From Lama glama (Eukaryota), in contig CM052816.1 in NCBI GenBank assembly GCA_028534125.1, forward strand, positions 74,898,001 to 74,962,000: a stretch of DNA of 64,000 bases, given 5' to 3'. The notes under the pieces are model-generated. The model saw nothing but the letters and a program-made list of their open reading frames with translations, searched no databases and was not told the origin of the DNA. This document shows positions 25,671 to 38,324 of this stretch, piece by piece. Every line of letters starts with the position of its first letter. The stretch's first letter is position 1. A program made the translations under genes and the position numbers.

Positions 25671-27089
25671 AAGGGAAGGTATTAACATGGCCATTAAAAA
25701 TAGTGCTATTAAATAATATTTAAATTTGCTAAACAGTTTTCACAATGTGTTTTTACACTTAAAACAACAGGTTACAAAATAGTATTTATAGTATGACACA
25801 ATTTTATTCTCTCAATTTTATTGTTCTCTTCACTTGAGAGAACATGATTCACAGTTGAAGAATGCATTTGTTTTTAAAAAATCAAGATAGTAAAAATTTA
25901 GCAGCTGGTAGAATGATATAACTGGAAGTCTTCAAATCTGGCAGTAGAAAGAGGGGAGCACCCTAGTTGTTGAAAAGACTTCACCTTGAGCAGTTTTCCA
26001 TTCTAGAAACCACTTATTTTATGAAGGCTCTTCAAAAGTCCCAGTCAATTAAGAAACAAATAAAAAAGGAAGAAGAAACAACTCCAAAACACTTTCAGCT
26101 CAGATCTGGAAAACTGAAATCTGATTCATTCCCCTAATGAATCACCTGCAATTGTAATTAATTTCTTCATGTAAACTTTTGATTGGCTATTTTACCAAGA
26201 GTTTTCCCAGATACCAAGGCTGGCTCCAAACAGTTCCACCAATGCTTCCCTTTCATGGTAACAGAACTGAGAAATGTTTGTTCCAGGATCACTATATAGA
26301 GTAGGAGGCCCCACTCTGTCTCTTCTGCTTGCCTCAAGTTCCCTTTTCAATAGTGGGAGGTAAGGGTAAAAGATAGTATGGATTTATCAAGAGTCCTAAC
26401 GGAGCCACAGCAGAATCTTGACTTTAGTTCCTAAGTTCTCAGACCCACTAAAATTTGTAAACCATCATTACTCATGTACCCCAAATAAACAAAGACTATC
26501 TATACTTCTATTTCACAGGTAAGGATTGAATTTATTGGTCAACCTAATATAAGTTTAAATAAACCAATTGTGTACTAGTTCCAAGAATATCTAAAGAGTT
26601 AAGCAAAAATCTAAATAAAACAGTGTGTGTATTTATTATGTAAGAGGAGGCATATTTCTTTCTAAAAGGAAATGGAAAATGAAGGTACATAACAATATTT
26701 TTTAAACTGAGAAAGATAAAACAATGTATGTTCTTAAACATTTTTATGAATTAGGAAATTGTTAATTACTGAGAGTGAGAAGGCAGGGCTGAAGTTGAGG
26801 TTAAGTATTTCAGTAGAGAGCAAAAAGATTTAGAGTAACTAGAAATATAGCAAAGTCCAAAGGGAATGAATACAAGAATTATAAAGTAGCAATGAAGATC
26901 CATTTGAATTTGAATAGCAGAAATCTCAGGAGACAAAATCAGTGTGGTTTAGTAATTTTTCAACCAATGTTCAGGAGACCAGAAGGGAAAATGAAGAATA
27001 TATTTTGGGTAAATTAATCTGGTCTAAACTTTTGCAAGATCTCAGAAGACTGTCAAGCAGAGAAGAGACTAGGAAATTCTAGGGGGACA

Positions 27090-27430
27090 TCATCAACCTA
27101 ATCCTAGGCTAGGAGTAAATTCAAATTTTAACAGAAGGCAGCCAGGTAATGAGGAGAACATAAAGGGACTGCCACTTCTGTAAGAGTAAGGGAGTTGGTG
27201 TACAGTAAGTAGGTTGTGGTCAGAGTTACAAAGTTTATAGTTTAAGATGTTGGAGTAGAGTTTCAGTGATGCTAAGCTCCATTGTGTCATCTTGGGAGGC
27301 TTATGCAGAACTGAAGGTCAGTGGTTTATTAGGGGCTGAAGGACTCTAGGAGTCAGATATCAGAAGGGACATTAGCATGAATGTTGACTCGTCCAGGATG
27401 GTGATGAGGCAGAGAGCTACACTCTGAGAA
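27090..27430 (-). mobile_element. Ancient LINE (probably L2) endonuclease-domain remnant
   Basis: Minus strand catcaccatcctggacgagtcaacattcat (decayed IILGDFNIH), followed about 60 codons later by SDHNLL. Confidence 0.5.
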
Positions 27431-27779
27431 ACCTATTTAATTTATCTAAAATTTGAGTTTTGTGCTGGAGATATGATGGAATAGAGTTCATGATAATCAA
27501 AAGGAGAAAAGGCATTATAAATGTAGAAGTCAAAAGGGAAGAATATTCAGTGGGGGCACAAAATTATGTTCCTTGGTAGCTGATCCCTACTCCTTCCATA
27601 AAAGGTTAAAGAAATTTGCCTGGCTTGATATTAAAACCAATGGGTCCAAAATCCAAGAAAAGGAAAAGTAGCCATCCACACATTTTCTTTATTTTATTTT
27701 TCCCTAGTGCTTCTCTTTCTATGGTCCAATAAAAATACTATTAAAATGATATTATTTCTCAACTAAGAATAATCATAGG

Positions 27780-28513
27780 TTCCTCAAAAAATTGAAAATA
27801 GACTTACCCTATGATTCAGCAACCCCACTTCTGGGCATATAACCTGAGGGAACTCTTAATTCAAAAAGATACATGCACCCCAATGTTCATAGTAGCACTA
27901 TCTACAATAGCCAAGACATGGAAGCAACCTAAATGTTCATTGATATGATTCCATAAGGAAGTTGTGGTATTTATGTATATAAATAAATACCACATATTCC
28001 AGTATATGTGTGTGATTGTGTATACACACACACATATATACAATGGAATACTACTCAGCCATAAGAAATAAAATAATGCCATTTGCAGCAACATGCATGA
28101 ACTTGGAGATGGTCATACTATGTGAAGTAAGCCAGAAAGAAAGAAAAACACCATACTATATCACTTACACGTGGAATCTAAAAAAAAAATGACACAAATG
28201 AACTTATTTACAAAACAAAAACAGACTCACAGACAGAAAACAAACTTACGATTACCAGAGGAGAAAGGGGAGCATGGAGGGATAAACTGGGATTTCACAA
28301 TTTGCAGCTGCTAACTACTATAGAACAGATAAACAATAAGGTCCTACTGCATAGCACAAGAAACTATATTCAATATTTTGTAATAGTCTATAATGAAAAA
28401 GAATATGAAAAGGAGTATGAATATGTATGTATAACTGAATCACTATACTGTACACCAGAAATTAAGACAACATTGTAAACCAACTATATTTCAATTTAAA
28501 AATTTTTCTTTTA
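27780..28513 (+). mobile_element. LINE-1 3' end (~730 bp)
   Basis: aaagatacatgcaccccaatgttcatagtagcac through the 3' UTR. Perfect 15 bp TSD AAGAATAATCATAGG at 27765-27779 and 28514-28528. Confidence 0.95.
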
Positions 28514-28649
28514 AAGAATAATCATAGGAAAGTGAAGCATTCTAAAAAGCATGTTCAAAATAATGATAACTAAAATTGCAGTCATCAGAGTTTTAAGATA
28601 TTGGTAATATTTCTAGAGAATTAATCAGATACTGAGGAGGTTCCCTGAT

Positions 28650-28910
28650 TAGCTCCTACTTTTCAGATCCCAGCTCAAACATCATTTTCTAAGAGAACTC
28701 TTTTCTGAACCTCCCACCTCCACGACCTCTTCATAGTACTCATCATGTTGCTCTTTCACATTTATGTGAACTTCAATGCGTCCCCGCCTCTGCACTGTTC
28801 TGTAAGTTCCATAAAGCAGTTAACTTGAAATCTTTATTCTACATATATTTCCAACACCTATCAGATTTCCCACAAAACTGAAATATTCTTTAGTGAATTA
28901 ATGAGTGAAA
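28650..28910 (+). mobile_element. L2 3' end
   Basis: ttcagatcccagctcaaacatcattttct...ctgtaagttccat...tgaattaatgagtgaa. Confidence 0.6.
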
Positions 28911-28940
28911 TGTGTCTAAATTCCCTTAGAACAGGATTCT

Positions 28941-29007
28941 AGGTTTTAACATTCCAAGCCAGGTTTTAACATTCTAAACCAGGCAACATTCCAAGGTTTT
29001 AACATTC
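28941..29007. repeat. Short tandem array, 20 bp unit AGGTTTTAACATTC(c/t)AA(g/a)CC
   Basis: Full copies at 28941 and 28961, partial copies at 28981 and 28994. Confidence 0.85.
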
Positions 29008-30002
29008 ACTTTTGGTACATGGGACATAAAGAATCTGAAAAATGCAAACACAGAAGGAGTGGGAAATCATGGGAGGATCAATGAAATTAGCCACTTAACT
29101 GTGTAATATTTGAAACTATTTAGTAATATCTTAAAATTATAAATGTACTTTTATGGTGATGATATTACTGCACCAAATAAAGGAAGGAATCAAGATGCTA
29201 GCCCATATCTAGTTCCCACTTGAGACATAACTGCAGTAACCTACCAGGTCCCTCTGGAGCCAGTGTGCACTCCAGATACATTCTGTCCCTGTCATATTTC
29301 CTTCCTCCTGGTCTTGGAGAAATTGATGTTAAAGCGTAGATTGCCAAGACTGAGGAGTCACTTAATTAATAGATAAGCCTCCTGGGTGTGTACATTTTAA
29401 TAATAATCTTTAGTCAGAATCAAAGGTGGAATATTTAAGCTAGGATAAATGAAGTGCAGCTGATGACAAAGGAGGCAATGGGGAGATATCTTGCAGAGAT
29501 GCTTCTCAGATTAGTAAACACACCACTGAGTAGTATCTCTGAGTTGAGCAATTCAACAAATAAAATAAAGAAGTGACACAAGGCACACAAAGAACCTGAC
29601 TTCTATTGTTTTAATTCAGTTGGCACTCTGATCTTCAAATTATTTAATTGAGTCAGGTTGCAGTAAGCCCCCAGGATAAATATATTTTAATGTATGCAAA
29701 GGGAGCTTTAAAGAAAATTACCTAAATTACAGTAATCACTTAGCAACCTAACTTCTTCCCATTTGTCTCTACAGCAACTTGCTAAGGTCTCAAAGGAATT
29801 CAGAATGCTGAGTTCTGAGCTAAATTCTGAATTAATAGTTATTTTGGCTTTAAAATATCACTCCAAATTCAATTACATTAATCATATCTAATGTGTTTAT
29901 TTACACAGAATCAGTCAGCCTCTTAAGCTATTTCTTGACTGCTGATATTTGAATCTACTTTTTCATAAGCATTTCTTATTAAGAATAGCCAATGATAATA
30001 TC

Positions 30003-30066
30003 TAATGCAAATTAAAAATTCTTAAGCATAAATTATAATGCAAATTAAAAATTCTTAAGCATAAAT
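30003..30066. repeat. Perfect 31 bp tandem duplication containing ATGCAAAT
   Basis: TAATGCAAATTAAAAATTCTTAAGCATAAAT at 30003-30033 and 30036-30066. Confidence 0.95.
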
Positions 30067-30129
30067 GAGATTCATCAGGTATTGTGCCCAATGTTGGTAT
30101 TGTAATGGCTTCATTGTTTTCTTCTTTAA

Positions 30130-30350
30130 ATCATTTAACTTAATCCCATTGTGGTCAGAGAATGCACTGAAAGATTTAAATCTTTGAAATTTGTTCAACT
30201 TACTTTATGACGCATCTCATATAGTCCATTTTGCTAAACATCCATGTGCATTAGAAGTAAGATTAATTCTGTCATTGGTGGTTCTGCGTTTTACATATCT
30301 CCGTTAAGTCAGATTGTTAATTTTGTTGTTCAGATTTTTTTATATCCTTC
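30130..30350 (-). mobile_element. Old L1 ORF2 endonuclease fragment
   Basis: ccattgtggtcagagaa...tttgaaatttgtt...tccatgtgca. Confidence 0.7.
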
Positions 30351-32716
30351 TTTTTTTGTGTATTGGGTAAACATGTTTTAAAACTAGAACTGACTGATTT
30401 CTAAGAGAGTATTTAAAGTTGTCTCCAAGATTTTCAGCCTGGGCAATAAGGATAAGCGGTAATTAAATGAGGAGGAGAAAGAAAGGAGGAGTTACCTCAC
30501 ATGACATTCATCCTCCTGCACATCTGTTGTCACTGCCTCTTCCTCAGTACACCTCCCCTTCCCCACACCCTGAAGGACTTGATGCCTTCGGAGACAGTTT
30601 TTAGCTGTGTTATGTGAAAAACTAACACACAAGAAATCCTAGTTCCCTAATTTCCCTTCTGTCCTTCTCATGGTGTTTTCCCATGTTACCTATCAGACAA
30701 AGAAGCTAGTCCTCTGTCAGACTCAGGAGAAGTGAGAGGGAGTTGCATGATGACTCATGAAAATCCTCTTACAGAAACATGATTCTTTTTTTATGGAGAC
30801 AGTAAAATTGCACATAAGCAAATATTTCATTAGTTTATTTGAACTTTGCATATGCTAAACATTACATATACCATACCTTTCAATCCAGGAATGCTGCAGA
30901 AGACATTATAATTAAATGTCACTCAGGCTTGTATAAATGTCAAAAAGTTTCAGGGTCATATCTCCACAATAGTAGCCCTCACGAGGAGCTTATTCACACC
31001 TGTGTATACTTTTTCATTTCCATAGTATTTCAGTGCTAAACTGGACTCAGAAATTTGAGGACCCTCCAAGAAAAATATGAACATATGTAAGCACGCATAG
31101 ACAGGTATTCGATAAACTCCTTCGAAAGTTATTCAACTCCTCAGGTCAGGAGAAGTTAGGATATCATCGGCAATTCAAGGAATTTGTGATGTGCCACAAA
31201 TGAAGTAAGACTGGGAGAAGTTATGGTTGCTTTGTTTTGAGATGGAGCTGATAGTTATGATTTCCATTTTATTAAAAAAAAATTTCTAAACTAATATGAT
31301 GTACTAAATTCTAATAGAAATAAGCCTAATTGCTTTCCTTTTAGATTGCAATCATAAAGGTCTGGTTTTTCTATAAAAACACTGCTCATTCTTAGATCAC
31401 AGTGTATTCATAAACAAACTCCTGTGTATTACTTGTTTCATTTATTTCTAGTTAGAGAGAATATAGCATTTACTTGCATGAAACTGAACTCAGGCATTAA
31501 AGCTAAGTGGATTTAAACTGGAGACTTTTTGTTCTTTATAAACAGCTGGAAGACTAGCATCTCCATATTAAGCAAAGAGCAATGAAAATAAGAAATGAAT
31601 CACAATAATTTACATAAATACTAGAATCTTATTATTTTGTCCATCCAAAAGCTATATTATTTTCTTGCTTGAGAAAATCAGTAACAGAAGTATTTAAGAA
31701 AACAAAAACCTCCACCTTGTATTTAGAACATGTTTGCCTTTTTGTGGTGTAATGCTTTCTGACAGCTAATAATAACATCATAATTTGGGGTGTGTGGGCT
31801 ATCTTGCCCAGGGTTAACACTTGAGTTAAAGAGCGAAGTTGAAAAAGTTCACACAAACTTCCCCAAACAAACACAGTTCTAAGAAAAGGATCATTCCATT
31901 GTAGCACCCTGTGAATTTAATACATGAATGTAAGTGGTAGCGTCACATTTTGTTCCTGGACCAAAGTTCATCAAAGTTCAATTTTGTTTCAGAATCAAAG
32001 AAAATGAATAGTAGGCAACATTTGTCCTTAAATAACTCGAGTAAACTCCCTGAAAATGACTCAGTCCTTCCTTATTTTTATATCTTCCTTTCCCTCTCTC
32101 CCACTCAACATGCACGTACCTCCAAATGAAAGCAATCTTACAGTCAATAGTTTTTTTATGCTGTTAGTCAAAAACAGTAAACCTTGCTTTGAGTGGTTAT
32201 GCCGAACAATGGAGCCAAGAGGTAAAAGAAATTGTGATGAGGACAAGAAAATCATTTCAATTTAAATGATGGCTTTTATATCACAGCTGAACCTGAACAT
32301 GCTCTAAAATCCCTTCTAAATTACCACAAGGACTGGGGACTGCTCTCATCTATCCATGTGCAATGCCTTTTAAATTTACCCAAAAAAGTTATAATTTCAA
32401 GAATTATTACTACCATTACTCGATGCTGAGTCTGAAATGTATGTTATGAATCAAATGTGTAGACTTTTAAAGAAAAAAGAAAACAATCAGAAATTTTAAC
32501 TAAATATTTGAAATAATTGAGTATGGGATAATGGAAACAAAAAGAGTTCCACCTTTTAAACTAAAAATCAGATAATAACACATTCATTTTTCTTATTTGT
32601 ATTTTAATAGTAGGAGTTTTCCTGTAAACTGGGAAACAGCTGATGGCTTATGTCATCTAACTCTCTTATACCAAGTTAGCAAAAGGTTCTGTTTTCTCTT
32701 TTCAGACAAATAAGGT

Positions 32717-32940
32717 TAATAATAATAATAATAATAACAATGGCTAAGTTTTATTGAAAATTTACTTTGTTGAGTACTTTAGTTGAATCAACTAAGTTCT
32801 CTCAACAAGCTTATAAGTTATATACTAGTATTATCCATTTGGCCAAAGAAACCAAATCTCAGAGGAATCAGGTAACTCTCCCAAGTTAATAAAAAGAAAA
32901 GCCAGAATTATCATCTAGGCTGATTTCCCCAAGAGCACTC
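32717..32940 (-). mobile_element. MIR with (AAT)n at its 3' end
   Basis: (aat)n aacaatggctaagttttattga...ctcaacaagcttataag...ctcagaggaatcaggtaact. Confidence 0.65.
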
Positions 32941-33370
32941 TTTTTTTTTTTCCAAGAGCATTCTTACACTCTCTCCTGCATGGCTCGTAACGTTAAGCCT
33001 ATTTCCTTCCTCTATACCACCTATCAAGCCTAGAGTTTTCTCTTGTCATTCTTTAATCATTATTTAAAATATGTATCATCCCTTAGTAATTGTAGAAACT
33101 CCAGTAAATAAACTGAGGGATAGTTTTTGACACCGCTAGTATTTTCTACTGCTAGCTTCGCTTGCCTTTGCATCCCAGGACTATTTCTTTCAGTGTTACA
33201 CCAGTCATTATCATGAGCAACACCCACAAAGACTTATTCCTACTGTCTGAAAACTTTCACGTACCAAATATAATATTGTAGACTCTGTTTAATAAATTAA
33301 TAAATAAAGAGATAGGTTAGTACTAGATTGTGAAGGAAATTACATGTCTTGCCAAACTATCTCTTCTTTG

Positions 33371-33650
33371 TGTGTGTGTGTGTGTGTATAGTCAGTTTAC
33401 AATGTTGTGTCAATTTCTGGTGTATAGCACAATGCTTCAGTCATATGTGAACATACATGTATTCGTTTTCATATTCTTTTTCACCATAAGTTACTACAAG
33501 ATATTGGATATAGTTCCCTGTGCTATACAGTATGATGAACTTGTTGTTCATCTATTTTATGTATATTAGCTAGTATCTGCAAATCTCAAATTCCCAGTTT
33601 ATCCCATCCCACTCCCTTCTCCCGAACCAGCCTTGCTAACCATAAGTTTG
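33371..33650 (-). mobile_element. LINE-1 3' UTR stub with a (CA)n tail
   Basis: tatagtcagtttacaatgttgtgtcaatttctggtgt...taaccataagtttg; flanks caaactatctcttctttg / caaactacttctttg form a TSD with a 3 bp indel. Confidence 0.9.
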
Positions 33651-34899
33651 CAAACTACTTCTTTGGCAATGGGAAGCATTTGGAACATTTAGCAGGATTA
33701 TGACACACTCTGATTTGATGACTTTTTAAAAAAAGGAAAGATGATGTTTGGGAAAGTGTTTGGAAAAGAGTGAAACTAGATGCAGGGAAATCAGCTAAGA
33801 GAATTTTGCTGTTCAATCCAGCCAGGAAATTATGAACTGGATATATATCATGGTAAGAAGATGGGTTAGAGAATCTATTGAAGAGAACACAACCGGGAGA
33901 AAATAAGCCTGAAGTCATGTATTGATAGTGAAGAGGAAAGATGCAAAATACATCTTTAGAATAGAAAACTTTCTATACAGGCAGTCTTGGGGTTTTCATG
34001 CCTGGAAGAAAGCTGGACAAGAAAGATAAAGTGAGCGCAATGATCCAGAGCTAATTTTTCCTACCATGAACCAAGATTTAGCAGATTAGAATATAAAAGT
34101 GAAAATAAGAGCCATCCGTCATTCTCCTTCCTGCACTTCAACCTAGCAATGTGGGTTTCATTTATCTTTATACTCCACTGGCCAAAAGAGGAATGGGAAC
34201 CTCTGCTCTATAGTGGAGGAAAAACAGTGGGAAAAAACATGGGGCTAATTGTGTTTTCCCTAAAGAAAGTTTCTATCTCAGAAAAGATGATTCAAAGGCC
34301 AAGAAAAAGTTAGCTTTAGGATAATAAACACTAATGTCCTTGTAGTGCAAGATCAGACACCTGTCTAACTACCACAAATAACCACAAACCTAGCTGAGCT
34401 ACCCCTCAAACTTTTGCCACATTTAACATTATTCTTTGAGTTATGGCGAGTTAATTTAAAGTAGTTGAGATGATTTATTTAGTGTGCCTAAAAGTTAATT
34501 TAAAAGGCTCCACTTTTTGTCTGGATAACATTATCAGATTGACTAAATCAGTTTTAATTTTAAATTGTTTCTTCCATTTTCCAAAATAAATAACTTATAT
34601 AAGTACAAAAATATAAAATCATAACAACACTGAAAACTAAAACTGATGGACGACTTATTGTTAGAATCTTCACACATCCCATGAATAAGATTTGAGAATC
34701 ACAATGGGAGGCAATCCTGTATTATCTATTTTGTTGTTGTTGTTGTTGCTTACTATCTCTCTCCTGTAGGACCATATTATAAAAATAATATATTAAATTA
34801 TATTAACAATGATAGAGAGAGAAATGATAGAAAGAAAAGAAAGTAAGTTAAGTTATGGGATTTAAATTATGGGGATTCAAATGGCAATATTTAATTACT

Positions 34900-36000
34900 A
34901 TCTGACAATTAGATAGAAACTAAAAAAATTTTAATTTAAATACAATACTGATAAAATTTCAAAATAGGGCATTTACCACTGCAAATACTGGAGGAGTATA
35001 CGACACATTTAAAAAGACATAAAAAGAAATTATCAAAGAATTTATGAAAAACCAGAGAAATACAACAGAATAGATATACAGATTGTAACAGTAAATCTAA
35101 ATGGCTTAAATACTGCACCATAAATTCAGTTTAGCTAAAGAAATTAAACAAAAAGGTACAAATAAGTTAAAAAGAAAAATGATGGGCCAAGATATAGAGA
35201 AAAAGTAAAAAAAAAATGGCACTAATAAGTTTGGACAAAGGAAAAAATGAAGATAAATAATTAAATTATATAAAAAAGATTATTTTATATTGATAAACAT
35301 TTCAATTCAGAATAAAATGATGGCTATCATTAAGAGACTTTTGGTACTGAATAATGTTCTCTTATATATCAAATATGAAAATTAGCATACACTAAAGAAA
35401 TTGACAGAAATGGTAGTATTTGAAGTCTATAACACCCCTTCCTTTGGATTTTGGCAAATTTAGTAGGTAAAAATCTACCTATAGCAGATATTAATGATAT
35501 ATTCATTTAAGTTAATTCATGTTATATAGACAATACATAGTATAGACAATACATATCACAAACAAAATTAATAGAAAAATTCAAATACAGAAAGGAATTT
35601 ATTAATTTTTGTAAAAACATATAAAACATTAGCATTCAAAAGAAAAATTAACAAATAACCATTCACAGACTTAATACAATTTATCTTTTAAAAAAAGAAA
35701 TTTTAAGTTTGCTAGTCATCGAAGACATGTAAGTTAAAATCAGCAATGAAATTGAGGATGCCTACCAAATAAATACAATTTTTAATTACTAAGCCAAGTA
35801 AGGATGTCATAGGCATATAAACAGTCTCATACATTACTGGAGGTAAAGCTTTCTGGGAAATAATCAAAACACTTGAGACTTAATGCTCAAGTTTTTTTTT
35901 ATTCAGTAAAGGGTGCCCCCATGGAATTGATACAAAAAGTTCACAAAGGCTGTTAAATACATGAATGCTCTTTGCAATATTATTTATGAAAACAAAAAAT
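34900..36000 (+). mobile_element. Very old L1 ORF2 remnants
   Basis: taacagtaaatctaaatggcttaaat (TVNLNGLN) and aaagaaattgacagaaat...tataacaccc, in A-rich sense-strand sequence. Confidence 0.6.
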
Positions 36001-36027
36001 ATCTATAGATATTATAAAAATAGCTAT

Positions 36028-36345
36028 AAAGATCAAATCTATAATCTCTTATCTGAAACGCATGGAGAGGAATTTTTTGGAATTCATCATTTTGGGGTCT
36101 TTAGAATGCAGACTAAACCCCTGAGGGTTTGGAGCAGCACACCATAATTCATCAGTATTTCTGCTGTAAATATTTCACTTTAAGTGGGATAAGTATAGCT
36201 AATAAATAGCCTCACATCAGTTTAGGTGAGTCTGACCATCTAATTAGATCAGGCCAGCTCAGGTGTCCTTAAATGAGTTACAAAACACTTTTGTTTTCAC
36301 AGCTGTTTGGATTTTGAAATCATAGAAAAGGGAACTAACTGAACT
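36028..36345. mobile_element. MER46C-like Tigger MITE
   Basis: ataatctcttatctgaaac...ggaattcatcatttt at one end; tttggattttgaaatcatagaaaaggga at the other. Confidence 0.55.
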
Positions 36346-38324
36346 AATGGGATATTTGAATCATCATTGTATTGTGCAGCATAATCTTATGAAGTATCCA
36401 ATATGATTCAGAAAATAAAAATTATATATTCAAAATATTTTATAGGACAGGAAAAGGCTCTTCTATATATTCTCGCTGGAAATGTTAGTGTTTGAAACTA
36501 TATGTACAATATAATTCCAATTTTTAAAAATATTTATATGCATAAAATACGTACATGAAGTACTAGGAACATTAACAGGTTCTCTCTGAGCGTTAGAGTT
36601 ACAGTTGATTTTTCCATTTTATTTATAAGTATTATCTATATTTTCTAATTTTTAAAATAATGGAGTATGTATTCCTTTTATCGAAAATATACGATTTAAA
36701 AGAAACGTGGAAGTAGCTATAGTATAACTTAAAATTGTTCTCATTTTAAACTGTTATTTAAAGTGTTATTAGGGTAAATCTAAGTAAATATTCTTTAACT
36801 CATAGAAAAAGAAAAGAATACATTTTGAAAAAAATCTAAGTTTCTTAGCTATAAAGGTGATTAAAAGCAATAGTAGTTCAGTAAGTAATGTTTTGGAATC
36901 ACCATTCCTAAGGAAGTGTAAATGATTTACAACTCCTGCCTGTATTTTTTAATTTAAACATGTGTTTTATGTTCCAATTTCCTCCTTTAGAAGACATAAA
37001 AGATTGGTGATGGTGGGTTATATGAAGATTAAAGAAAAAGGAGTAAGAAGTGAGAAATTAGCTTCAAGATTCTTTCAGCCCTTTCTTACTATTTTCATCC
37101 CAGAATGTGGAGAAATGACAACACAAGAAAGTATTCAACTATGTGTTTGTGCAGTAAAATTCACAATTATTCAAAATGTTTACCTGAGTACATAGTCTCT
37201 TTATGACCCTTCCCAGTCTCTTGCATTTGAGTCCTCAGTTAAAAGTGTTGAGCAATAGCTTCTATAATTTTTCTGTTCAACACATGCTCCCCCTGCCCCA
37301 AAAGAAAATCTTTATTTTTAACATTACCATTAAGGCTCTCCCTTCTGTAAAGACACTGGAATTGAAATACTCTTAAGACTGTCTCACAGCATACTCTCCC
37401 AGGAAGTTCCAAATGTTCACCATTTGTTCCACTTCCCCAGTTCTGTTGCAAATAAAAACTTAAGACCTCTCTTGTTAGGTCATAGTCACTACTTGACTCA
37501 CAATGGGAGAGTTAGTAGCTGGTTATGAGTGAGCACCAAGGCAGCTTTAAACACAGATTTTCTGGCTAACCTATATCAATCGAATGATTCACATTTTCAT
37601 GGTAAGATACATGCAAACCTGCTCTCTAACTGTCCCAATCCATGCCCCAAATTAAGCCTGCTGTAAGCCCCAGCTCTAGGGCAGCCAACTCCTGGGTAGG
37701 TGTCATAAACAATTTTGAATTAAAGAATGGCTTGATGCATCTCCTTGTTGTGTTTTGTCTTTAGATTGATTCAGACACAGTTAATACAGGCTGGTATATG
37801 GGAGCCTCTGGTGGGTATTTTTGAAGGTAGAAATTCTGTGAAGAGGATATGATCATTTTTAATGAACGTGAAGTTTTTAGCAATATGAGAAGATAAACTT
37901 GCAAAAAGATAAAATGTTGTGGTTGCAGACTCCTTGGATATTGGAATTTAAATCTGTAGGCCTGAGAATTTAAAGTTGTAGGTCCTAGAAATATAAATAG
38001 TAACCAAGAACCAAGGGCATGTGTTAGCAACACCAGGAGACCTTAAGGGCTCAACAGCGTATGCTGGAGCTTCCTGCAGCAGTGTGATAATTGTTCTCAT
38101 TTCTTCCTAACTTCATACTCAGTGATGTTGCAGTAGTGTAGCCAGAAATTGGCCATGGTTGGTGTGGTTAAACTACCAAGATTATCAAGCACCACAAATT
38201 TTTCCTGAGAGGCAGTTGTTGAGCATTCACTAAGCTGTACAGCTTTCAGAATTTTTAATAATGTAATTAGCGGTGGGCATGATTGCACACTCTTTCAAAG
38301 TCAGTGTTTTATAATGAAAAAAAA

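Noticed and set aside
5143..37816. Weaker CTCF-like words at ~5145, ~10160 and ~37805
   Set aside because: Each has two or more mismatches in the core, as expected by chance in 64 kb.
37765..37826. Possible plus-strand exon (ttttgtctttag|ATTGAT...GAAG|gtagaa)
   Set aside because: The donor is weak, there are no partner exons, and the peptide is unrecognisable. It cannot be supported without RNA data.
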